This document shows, piece by piece, positions 38,545-49,899 of a DNA stretch of 64,000 bases. The stretch spans positions 61,194,001 through 61,258,000 of the forward strand of contig OX597820.1 in assembly GCA_951406725.2 (NCBI GenBank), given 5' to 3'. Each line of letters opens with the position of its first letter. Within the stretch, counting starts at the first letter, position 1. This stretch comes from Octopus vulgaris. Taxonomy: Eukaryota. The translations under genes were made by a program, and so were the position numbers. A model generated the notes under the pieces. The model worked only from the letters and a program-made list of their open reading frames with translations. It did not search any database and was not told the DNA's origin.

Positions 38545-39720
38545 CCCTTTCACATACTACACACGTTGAATCAACCAGTTCAGGAGGAATGGCGTTACAT
38601 GCAGTTGATCTTTCCATGGAACTTCAGATTTTTTGATGTAACCGGCCTTGGAAAGTAGTACACGGCCACTCGTTTCATACATCCAGCACTTTGTGTTTGT
38701 ATTGAATTTCTGATAACAGTCCCCGCGAAACCAGCGCTTTAGGCTTTCGTGCTCAAGGCAACCGTCTTCAAAAGGTTTACAACCTTCCCTTATACGCTTC
38801 TTCCACTCAGCTTTTTCCACAGCCAGTTCTTGCTAGTTTTCTACATTGATTTGAAATACCTTCGGGTTACATTTTATGCAGTCTTTGTACCTTTGTTTGT
38901 GATTTCTGCTGAAGACGCTTTCCAACGCACAGCTCACTGTAGAACAGCTGCTTTGAAACCCTATTATCTTCTATACACATAACATGGCCTACGCTATGCA
39001 TCTGAGAAGATAGTTTGAGCAACTGGATGCATCTGAACTTCGCAAGGACTTCTACGTCAATTGCTTTACTCTGCCACTTGATATTGAGAGTGTGTCTCAA
39101 ATATTTTTGATGAAAGCGCTCAAGCAGCTTGAGATACCTACGGTGTACTGTCCATGTTTCAGAAAAGTACAATAGAGTCGTTAGTACGCACACCTTGCAA
39201 ACGCTCAACTTGTATGAACAAATGAATACACAGAGGCATTCATACATATCTATACATATGCATAAATTACACACACTCACGCACGCATGCATGTATGTGT
39301 GTATGTATGCATGTATTTTTTTTTTTTTTTTTGCGGATCGTGTCGTTCGCGAGAAGAGACTCAATAGATCGCAGTGTGGTAGCTGCTCTACTAAGCACGT
39401 CACTCCGAACGGCAAGTCGAGTCGTATGCAAGCGATCCTTTTCCTCTCGATCTCTTCGAACAAGTCGGGCGAGACGTCGACGACGGCGGTACCGCCGCCG
39501 CCGATGTCCCAAAATAGCAATTCCGCCGGCATTGCCCAAAATATCCTAAAATGCCCCAAAATGGCAATTCGCCGCGCGAACGCGACGGGCGGACGGCGAA
39601 CGCGACCGGCGAACGCGACGGGCGGACGGCGAACGCCGAGCTAAGGCATGTGCCTTGAGGTTGAGACGCTTTTGGAAAACAACTCGGGTCCGGGTGTGTA
39701 AAGTTCGCAAATATGAAGAA
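38545..39720 (-). mobile_element. RTE (BovB-like) LINE fragment, interrupted by a microsatellite and the 28S copy
   Basis: KLSVCKVCVLTTLLYFSETWTVHRRYLKLLERFHQKYLRHTLNIKWQ...SKQLFYSELCVGKR. Probable continuation RVVFQKRLNLK at 39650-39700. Confidence 0.85.
39316..39643 (-). pseudogene. Oligo(A)-tailed fragment of the 28S rRNA 3' end (rRNA pseudogene)
   Basis: Minus strand reads ...GCTTGCATACGACT...GTGCTTAGTAGAGCAGCTACCACACTGCGATCTATTGAG..., which matches my recall of the conserved 3'-terminal LSU rRNA motif. It is preceded by a GC-rich expansion-segment-like stretch and followed by A17 (T-run 39316-39332). Confidence 0.8.
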
Positions 39721-40732
39721 GTTCGTATGTCATTAGGAGAAAAATACTGAAGAAGGGCTTTACTTGAAACGCCTGTCTTTTCCACAGCATAGGAACTTAT
39801 CCAAATTTGTTAAAACTCTATTAAATGAATAGCTTCCTAGGACTCTTGGTGGTGGGTAGACTTCTTTTTTATTTGTCTGTGTATTTATTCATTCATTTAT
39901 TTATTTACTACTTTTCTTATTTAAACAAGACGCCGAAATATCGGTAAGATAATGAATGAATGTAGTTGAGTAAAAGATAAAAAAAATATGTTTATTGACT
40001 AAAACGTCCTCTGACGATGTCTTGCTGAAAGAAATTCATTTCAGTAATGTATATTATGATTATTATGCTAATAATAGCACCGACGAATATGACACAAAGA
40101 AAACACGCAGTCTGACCCCTGTATTCTTGTAAGCGTGAACCAATTCAAAAAAGAATAAAAAATGAGGAAATGAGAGAGAAAAATCTCTTATTTGACGACC
40201 TTGTGTAAAAAGATGTAACGTTTACAATGGGGAGAATTTTTGTGAACAAATAAAATAACCAAGAGCGTAAAACAAAATGTAATACAATAAAAAAAAAATT
40301 GGGGTATTGAGAATGAAGAAAAGGGGGTATTTAGTTTTACAATGAGCCTAGATGGCGAGAGAAGTATGTTGACAAGGCTTTTACTGGTTCTGTACGGCGA
40401 CGTCGGCACAAGGAAGCGACCTGCTGAGACATAGCTTGTGAATGTCGGCGGCTGTTGATTTGGTCAGACTGGTAGTGCCTCCCTCTGTAAATGTCCATGG
40501 CGGTCACAAGCTTGGGTTTCTACTAGCTGCTAGTTTTGAGGGCGTGTACAACGCACTGGCATAGAGCCGGCAAGGTGGTGTGTTGGTTCGTAAATATTGG
40601 CTGGTGGATTTCGAATCAGGTATACCGCCGTTAATAAATATATCACAATATGATAGTACTTTGTATTAATGCAATATGTGTATGTATGTATGTATGTATG
40701 TATGTATGTGTGTGTATGTTTACACACATACG

Positions 40733-40764
<32 letters not shown>

Positions 40765-42153
40765 TATATACACATGTGCGTGTGCAAACACAAACGCGCA
40801 AGCCCATACTACACACTCACACATATGCACACAGGCATTATATGTGTTGTAGGTGGGCGTTTGTAAATAGCTACAATCATAGACGGGTGGTTAAAAAGTA
40901 CATTTCGTAACCATGAGGCCTCAGGTTCGATCTCACTCAATCTATCTTGGACAAATATATTCTATGGATTGCACTTGTAATTTAAAGACGTCTCTTTGTC
41001 ATATACCATATCACGCAGATTCTACCAGAAGATTGTGTTAAGAGAAGAAATGTATGCGGAATACTCAGTCACTGACATTGTAATTTAATGAATACGTAGT
41101 TTCATTGACCGAACAACTCATCAGCGGACACATTATTTTCCTCAAGCTGGTAGAATCGTTAACATTTCGGGCAAAATGCTTAGCAGATTTTTCTTCTGTT
41201 TCTTTATGTCCTGAATTCAAGTTACATCGAAGTCGACTTTGCTGTTCATCCCTTCGATGTCGATGAAATAAGTACCAATTAAGCACTGAAGCCGATGTGA
41301 TCCACTAATCGCCTTCCACTAATCCCCTTCTGCTAATCCCCTTCCGCTAAAATTACTAGCCTTGTGCTAAAATTTGAAAACATGATTTACATTCCTCGTT
41401 TGTTAAAAAGAGACGATGAGCGATGGCTAGAAGTATATTGAGTTCTTCATAACCAGCTGATCTAGCAAGCGGGGCCTCATATCAGTGAGGGGGGGCCGGT
41501 GCGCATTGATGCCGTCGAGAGGTAGGCCCCGAAACGGCGCGCATTCTCTCCTGATGACCCCATACACTTGCTAGCTTCCGATATACGGAGCTTTTAACTG
41601 GTAGCACTTGCATGTGCAAGTTGTTTGCAAGAAATCCGTTGCAACTCATTTCCATAACATGTGGTCTAGAAAACATAAACATAGCCGCATGCGTGGCTGT
41701 GTGGTAAGAATCTTGCTTTCCAGCCACATGGTTCTGGGCTCAATCCCACTGCGTGGCATCTTGGGTAAGTGCCTTCTACTATAGTTTCGGACTAACCAAA
41801 GCCTTTTGAGTGGATTTATGAGACGGAAACTGAAAGACGTCCATCGTGTGTGTGTGTGTGTGTGTGTGCGTGTGTGTGTGGAGAGAGTGAGAGAGAAAGT
41901 TTGAAGTGATGTACAGATATTGTATGTTCTTTTCTACTCTAGGCACAAGGCCTGAAATTTTGGGGGAAGAGGCCAGTCGATTACATCGACCCCACTACGC
42001 AACTGGTACTTAATTTATCGATCCCGAAAGGATGAAAAGCAAAGTCGACCTCGGCGGAATTTGAACTCAGAACGTAAAAACAAATGAAATGCCGCCAAGC
42101 ATGTCGCCCGGCGTGCTAACGTTTCTGCCAGCTAGCTGCCTTACAGATATTGT

Positions 42154-42270
42154 ATATTGAGAATAACGAAGTAGTCAGAATGTTAGATGATTATATATAT
42201 TTTTGAAAGCGCTAAACATATATATATATATAATCATCTAACATTCTGATTACCTTGTTATTCTCAATAT
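42154..42270. repeat. ~45-bp inverted repeat, Penelope-like remnant
   Basis: atattgagaataac..tcagaatgttagatgattatata / tatataatcatctaacattctga..gttattctcaatat. The spacer contains GAAAGCGCTAA, identical to the 3' half of the 19168 hammerhead. Confidence 0.65.
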
Positions 42271-42794
42271 GTGTGTGTGTTTATGTGCCTGAGTTTGACC
42301 CCTCCCCCGCTATCACTTGACAACCGATGCTAGTTTATGTCCCCCGTAGACTAGCGGTTCGGCAAAAGAGAACGATAGAATGAGTACTAGGCTTACAACG
42401 AATAAATCCTGGAGTCGATTTCATCGACACAAACCCTTTAAGGTTTGTGCTCCAGCATGGCCGCAGTCAAATGACTGAAACAAGAAAAAGAATATAAGAT
42501 TAAAGTGATGAGTCCAGTTAATTTTTCAAGATTTTCCCTCTTTCAGATTTTACTTTCATCGAAACGTCGATGGTTGTTGAAACTTTGTTTTAAATATACA
42601 TCGTTGCATGTTATTTAAACGTATGTCAAGCGCTAGTCATTTCTGGGGATTGATTAGCCCCACGTCAGCCATTACCGAGTAGACATATAGTCAAAGACAT
42701 TTCAAATACAGTAATTCCTAGACTATCGCGGGTGTTACGTTCGAAAAACCCCACAGAAGGTGAATATCCACGAAGCAGAAGCAGTAATGCACTG

Positions 42795-43204
42795 AACCAA
42801 TTCTACTATATGGCTCAGAAACCTGGACGTTATCAAAGAAGCTTGAGAGGCGGTTGGATGGAACCTACACTCGCCTCCTTATGAGAGATCAAAATCTCTC
42901 GTGGAAGCGCCATCCAACCAAAATGCAAATATATGGGAAACTACCACCTGTGTCATCTCTTATGAAAGGTAAGACATTTGCTGGACATTGTTGTAGAGCT
43001 GAAAAAGAGGTAATTTCTACTCTTCTCCTCTAGAAGCCATCTACTCGCAATACCAGAGGGCGCACACTCTCCTACCCTGATGTAATCTCCAGGGATACAG
43101 GCATCCAGCAACAGGACCTCCGTAATGCCATGATGGACCGTGAAGTCTGGCGTAGCATGGTAAGTTCCATTGTCTCGACCACGGTCGAACAATGATGATG
43201 ATGA
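42795..43204 (+). mobile_element. RTE-type LINE 3' fragment with (TGA)n tail, inserted into a Tigger-like MITE
   Basis: LLYGSETWTLSKKLERRLDGTYTRLLMR..NLSWKRHPT..FAGHC..MMDREVWR. Candidate TSD TGCACTG on both sides. Confidence 0.88.
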
Positions 43205-43831
43205 GTGCACTGTATCTCTTTGCTCTTTTGCTCGTTTTAGTCATTTGACTGCGGCCATGCTGGAGCGTCGTTTTCAGTCGAGAAAATCGACCCCAGGACT
43301 TATTCTTTGGAAGCCTAGTGCTTATTCTATCGGTCCCTTTTGCCGAACCGCTAAGTTACGAGGACATAAACACACCAGCATCGGTTGTCAAGCGATATTG
43401 GGGGACAAACACAGACACACAACCATATACGCACATATACATATATATATATATATATATATACATATATATACGTTGGGCTTCTTTCAGTTTCCGTCTA
43501 CCAAATCCATTCACAGGGCTTCGGTCGGCCCGAGGCTATAGTAGAAGACACTTGCTCAAGGTGCCATACAGTGGGACTGAACCCGGAACCATGTGGTTAG
43601 TAAGCAAGCTACTTACCATAAAGCCATTCCTGTGCCTATATATATATTTTTTTATTGTTTTTATAAATTATATTTATTAATTTTATAAATGCAAAGCAAC
43701 ACCACACACTCGCCTCCCGAGCTTCGTTTTCCATACAGTATATGCGATTCTTTATTTACTCATTTGCGGTACACTACTTGTTTTCTTTTCATATATTTTA
43801 ATTAATGTGTTCGGCAGTGCAGTACTGTACT

Positions 43832-44215
43832 GTGGAGGCGCAATGGCCAAGTTGTTAGGGCAGCGGACTCGCGGTCGTAGGATCGCGGTTTCGATTCCCC
43901 GACCGGGCGTTGTGAGTGTTTATTGAGCGAAAACACCTAAAGCTCCACGAGGCTCCGGCACGGATGGTGGTGATCCCTGCTGTACTCTTTTACCACAACT
44001 TTCTCTCACTCTTACTTCCTGTTTCTGTTGTACCTGTATTTCAAAGGCCCGGCCTTGTCACTCTCTGTGTCACGCTGAATATCCCCGAGAACTACGTTAG
44101 GGGTACACGTGTCTGTGGAGTGCTCAGCCACTTACACGTTAATTTCACGAGCAGGCTGTTCCGTTGATCGGATCAACCGGAACCCTCGTCGTCGTAACCG
44201 ACGGAGTGCTTCCAT
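43832..44215 (+). mobile_element. Second copy of the same tRNA-derived SINE
   Basis: Near-identical to 33708-34100, with 12-bp TSD CAGTACTGTACT. Older relatives at about 46105-46400 (-) and 40860-41130 (+). Confidence 0.9.
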
Positions 44216-44856
44216 CCAGTACTGTACTCCATTTCTATTTATTAATTTATGAACTTTTTATTAATATATAAAAAATTTACCACAGAAATAATTAAAATCT
44301 AAAAAAAATATAAATACCTATCGGTTGCAGAAACCCAGATATACTGAGGAGACCGTGATATAAATGTACATATATCAGCCAGAAAAATCCGCGATGTACC
44401 GAGGGCGCGATAGGTGAACCGCGATATGGCAAATGATTACTATATGATCATCCCTTTTTATACTGAATATCTAATGTATCTTTCATGTTTTGTTTTTTTT
44501 AATAGTAGTGAGGCCGCTTTTTCTAGCATGTCGAGCGAGTGTGTAGTGGAACCTTTGTTAGTCATACCTAGCAGTGAAAGGTGTCAAACGCTGTTTGGTT
44601 GATAGTTATTAAATGCCAAGCGAGAAGTAATGGATGTAGTTAGGTCTCGATTGTTGCTCTCTTCCGTTACCTATCAGCCAGAAATAGAATTTATTTTTAA
44701 AATGATTTTGGATAGTTGAACCGTGATATGTGGTGTTAACCGGAGATGGGACCAACATTCGCTCAACGTATTGATTTAATCCTTCCTACAAAACGAAACT
44801 TCACCTATGTTAATTATGTGCAACGGTGAATCAGGAGCACACACAAGGACGGAAAG

Positions 44857-44901
44857 TGTCGCTGAAGAGGTCACAGATGTGTGACGAAAGATTTCTGGAC
44901 A
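44857..44901 (+). ncRNA. Degenerate hammerhead motif
   Basis: TGTCG-CTGAAGA-g-GTCACA-gatg-TGTGAC-GAAA-gatttc-tg-GACA: perfect 6-bp stem II, imperfect cleavage site. Confidence 0.5.
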
Positions 44902-47567
44902 ATGGACATGAGTTAAAATAAGAACAGTAATAAACGAGTGAATAACGAATATATAGTGTGGGTATTTATTTGGCAAAAAAAAAATGACCGTCCCGAAATA
45001 CAATAACGCGCGCGCCCGCGCGGCGTATGAATTTAATTTTGCCAGTTTGAACCAATTATAGCAATTAAAATAGTTTCCTTGAGTAGAAGTTTTTCAGATT
45101 GCTTTGCTTGAATGAATCTCACAAATATGGTAACGAATAGCAGCAAAAGCTTCGTTTTGACCTCGCTTTTTTCCCCATCCCTTCAAGAGAAATTACTCTC
45201 AGACAATTAAATTTCGAAACGAGGTAACCCAATCCTCAATAGGAAAACCGAAAATTGACATAAAATGTGAATTCGAAAGTTGACTTCAAAGTCAATACAG
45301 AGAGGGAAGTTGACAAAGAGGAAGGCTGTATGCAGCACTGGTGTTCACTCACTCACTCACTCATGCTCTTGCTTCATGGGGTTGGGATCATACCAAGTTA
45401 ATGGTCCTAGAGGCATCACCGTGCGGAGAACGGACTGGGTCCATCAGTGCCCTCCATCGCTGGCGGTCCCGTGCCAGCCCCTCTGCATTCCGATGTTGGG
45501 CAATCCAGATTCTTCTGGTCAGTGTCGCAACAAGTTGAGGGTTCTTCTAGGCTGGTTGTGGCCCTCCGCAGAATAGTCGGATGATGGGGTTGCCATCATG
45601 GCGACGAGCCGAAAATTACCGTTAGTCTGGAACTTCTCTGGGAAACGGGCCCGACTAGGATGACCCTACCCTGTGCAAAGCTCCAGATGGTAACGCTCTC
45701 TCCGATCTACAGAACAAACAAGTCCCCTCGCCACAAGGTCAGACCCAGGAGGTGTTACTGCAAGTCTGTATACTTTCGTAGTCCATGGATTCATTTGCAG
45801 TTTATGAAATTAGAATCGACACAACATACACCAGGTCCAAGATGGTACGAAATTATGTTGACTGAAGATAGAATTCATGCAGATATATTAATGTTTGTAG
45901 AACCATTCGTTATGCTAATCTTACTACAAGCTTTCCCGTGTGTCGCATACTGTTTATAGTTTGAATAGAACACGGTTTCCGTCAGTCAGAAGTACAAAAC
46001 ACAAAATACAACAAAATAATAAATAAGATGTGCATGCATAAGTGTGCATTACAAGCTCATTTTCTAATCTATGTGAGTAGCACAGGCCTGCTCTGAAACT
46101 AACTAGCACTCCGTCGGTTACGACGACGAGGGTTCCAGTAGCCTGCTCGTGAAATTAACGTGCGAGTGGCTGAGCACTCCACTGACACGCGTACTCCTTA
46201 ACGTTGTTCTCGGGGAAATTCAGCGTGACACAGAATGTGACAAGGCTGACTCTTTTGAATTATAGGTACCACTCATTTTTGCCAGCTGAGTGAATTGGAG
46301 CAACGAGAAATAAAGTGTCTTACTCGAAGACTCAACTCACCGCTGCGAATCAACGTTGCGATCGTGAACCGATTACCTCTTACCACTAAACCAAGCGCCT
46401 TCACGATTTGTAAAGTAGATCTGATATCATAAATGGTAAATGTATGTGTGATGAATGGACTGTTGTTTTCTCAGCATGCCAATCTCGTCATCGTATACAT
46501 ATCTACGAAGGCAATGGTCTATGATAGATTTCTTTGTTGAACTCAAGAGCATAGATTCTATGATGATTTTGAAATTAAAGTATGTCACTAAATAAGGTCC
46601 TATCTGTTAGTCAAGAGAAATGCCTACAGTTCTCTGCTAGAAGCAGAGTTCAGTTGAATTTCGGATTACTAAAGTACAGAATTCTTATTTTAATGATCTA
46701 CTCAAGTGCTACAACGCATAAAGTTTACATTAAGTATCCCACTTTATTTTAAGGTGGAATAAGATTCCAATTAGTAAAACCTCTATATAGTCAGGACAGC
46801 CCTTTATGATGGTCAAAGGAAAAAAATTGAAGGTTACGAAAGTAACAAAGCGAACTTGTACTAGAGGGGAGAGGAAGTGGAGGAGAGGAAGGAAAGGAAT
46901 TGGAAGAAAAGGAAAAGAAATAAAAGGGAAAGAGGCGAAGTAACAAATAAACGAAGGAAGCTAAGGTATGGAAGGATAGGGAGGAAAAAGAACAAATTAT
47001 AAAATGTTGGAATTGTGGACGTATATAAGAGAGTGTGGAAGAAAAGAGAGATATGTTGTGGATGGTGGGACGTAAATGTCGAGTTACCTGGGCTCAAAAT
47101 ACATGTACTCATTTGTACTCGTTGTGTGAAAAATGATGTAATGGCCACGTTGGAATCTTTTGACTCGATTCAATCATATACTGAACCCATTTTATAACGA
47201 ATACAAAACCAAGGATTGGAAAGTATTCCGGATACAATTCTTTGCAGCATTTCGCCCGTCTTTACGTTTTGAATTCGAATTCCACCGAGATCGATTTTGC
47301 CTTTCATCCATCTGAGACAAGGCCTCTTTGCAACATTGTAGGCCCCTGGGAAAATCAGTGTGCTGGGCCCTTTATTTATTTATAGTAAGCAAGACAAACC
47401 ATACATAGATCAGTATTGAACCCCTAGACGACTTCTCAGTGCGTCTATGTCTTAAGGCGGCACCGTTCTGGTGTCGATGAAATAAGTTGCCAGCTGAACA
47501 CAAGAGTCGATATAATCGATTAGCCTTTCCCCTAAAATTTCTGGCCTTGTGCCTATAGTAAAAGGAA

Positions 47568-47624
<57 letters not shown>

Positions 47625-47907
47625 CACGCTGGATGAAATGCTTAGCAGTATTTCGCCCGTTGGTGCGTTCTAAGTTCAAATACTGCTGAGGTCAACTTTG
47701 CCTTTCATCCTTTCGGGGTCGATAAAATAAAGTACCTGTCATGGTCTAGGGTAGATATAATCGATTAATTCCCTTCATACGAATATAATTATAGTTTAAT
47801 GGTTTTATTACTTGATTTAAATTTTTGTTTAAATCTCATAAACTCCATAAATGTTTTCAAATTTACAATTGATCTATACCATAGATTAAGGATGTAAGCC
47901 GGGAGTG

Positions 47908-47955
47908 TCTTCTCTGAAGACCGGTCAGCAAACTATGAAACGGTCAGTCAGGAGA
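47908..47955 (+). ncRNA. Degenerate type I hammerhead motif
   Basis: TCTTCT-CTGAAGA-...-GAAAC-ggtca-GTC-AGGAGA: 6-bp stem I, GUC triplet, weak stem II. Confidence 0.55.
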
Positions 47956-48703
47956 TTCCTTCACTATTTTCTTTTTTCTGCACATCAGCAGCATAGAATG
48001 AATGTGTTTATGTTCTTATTTCATCTATGGTGAGAGTGTAAAAACTTTTCATTTTTTATTTTTTTCTAATTTACGCTGTGTTGGGCATAAACTAATTATT
48101 ATCTATTTCTTTTTTAATTTGCGTATCTTTTTTTAGATACCTTTAAAAATACAGAGAACACAATGGATGCCGGTATTATCATTTGCGGTATCTCTACAGA
48201 TATTCTCCAATTTCAGAAGACATACGATCCTCCTGAAAAGGGGCATGAACATTAAATTTCTGAATCTTGAATCATTAAATTGCATAATGATTAGGGGTTC
48301 CGTTCCCATGTTAATTATTAAGTTGGTTTGTTTTTTTTTCTGGAAAATTGTGACACTCCAACAAGAAGGAGAAATTTGCTCGTGTGAATTTTTGTATTCT
48401 CTGCAGCATTATCGGGATGACTTACAAAAAATACATAGAATGAGGGAAAATAAGAGCAATTAAATTTTAAAAAAGTATATCAGTTGATATAATTTATCTT
48501 TTACCTTTTGCTTGTTTCGGTCATTATACTGCGACCATGTTGGGGCACCGCCTTTAAGGGTTTAGTATTAATTTATTTAAGTTTGGTATTTATTCTATTG
48601 GTTCCTGCTGCCGAACTGTTAAGGTACAGGAACGTAAACAACCCAAGACTGGTTGTCAAGCGGTAGTGGAGGCAAATGCAAAAACATGCGCACATGCATA
48701 CAC

Positions 48704-48742
<39 letters not shown>

Positions 48743-49899
48743 GACTCGCATGCTGACGTACTTCCACGCAATTTCCATCTGCCAAATCCACTCGCAAGTT
48801 TTTGGCTAGCCCGAGGTTATAGTAGAAGACACTTGTTCACGGTCCGTGCTCTGAGAATGAACCAGAAACCATATGAGTGCGGAGCGAGTCTCTTAACTAC
48901 ACAGCTATCCCTGCGCCAAAAATATTTAATGAAACCCTCTTTAATTTCTCGTAGACTTTGACACTTCCACCTATTTTTTTTTTTATTATTAAAAAACGAA
49001 TCATTTCATGTTCCCACAAAGTTTCTAAATTCTAATGGCGTAAACAACATACAATCCTCGCTGAGAAGACCAAAGTTTCCAAGAATGAATACAAAAATTC
49101 GAAGTAATGCTTTGCTCCATTAGTAGGACGTCTGTCAAGTTTACAGAAGATGTAGGTTCGAGCACTGTCGGATCTTTTTTACCCAAAGGGTTTTTTTTAA
49201 TCAATGGCTACACGCTAATACTTATAGCTTTATCTACTTCGAGTTCAACCGATAAAAACGAAGTTTGTCACGTTATTACGTAGGACGATGTTACTACATT
49301 TTGGCCCCAGGAAAACATATTTTCCAACTGGCTACCAACACATGGTCTCTGGGTCAGAAATTAGTAACATCGTCCTGCGTTCGACTGCCACATTTTGTAG
49401 GCAAATAGACTTTACTGTATGGTACTGTTACTACATATTTCTCGCTCAGAGATTTAGAACTAGTTGTTTTTCTCTTTACGAGACCAGCGACTGTGTGTCT
49501 CTTTAAAAGTATATACTATGAGAAAGGTCGAGTAGCTGCCATCTCTAACCGGCGATTGTCCTGTACCGAGGAAGAGAAATAACCCAGAAACTATTGGTCT
49601 ACATGTATCGCTAAGGCTAGAAAGGGAGCAGTAGATTACTCACAATATACGGACACAGACCATATGTCGGTAGCCAACTGGAAAAGATGTAGAACTAGTT
49701 GTTTTTCTCTTATATATATATCTTAAAGAAATGGGTAAATACTGTTTAGAAGATGGGAAAAAGTGGCCAGCAAGCCTCCACAGATTCTATTTTAAGGAAG
49801 ATGGAAATTATGCAGAAAATCTACTGATTTGCTCATACAAGCACTGTCAGAGCTACGCTAAATGCAAAAGCTAATCCCCGCAAATTTCACGGAGTTTCA

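Noticed and set aside
38867-39644. 230-aa and 171-aa ORFs
   Set aside because: Chance read-through of the GC-rich 28S fragment, a microsatellite and an RTE remnant.
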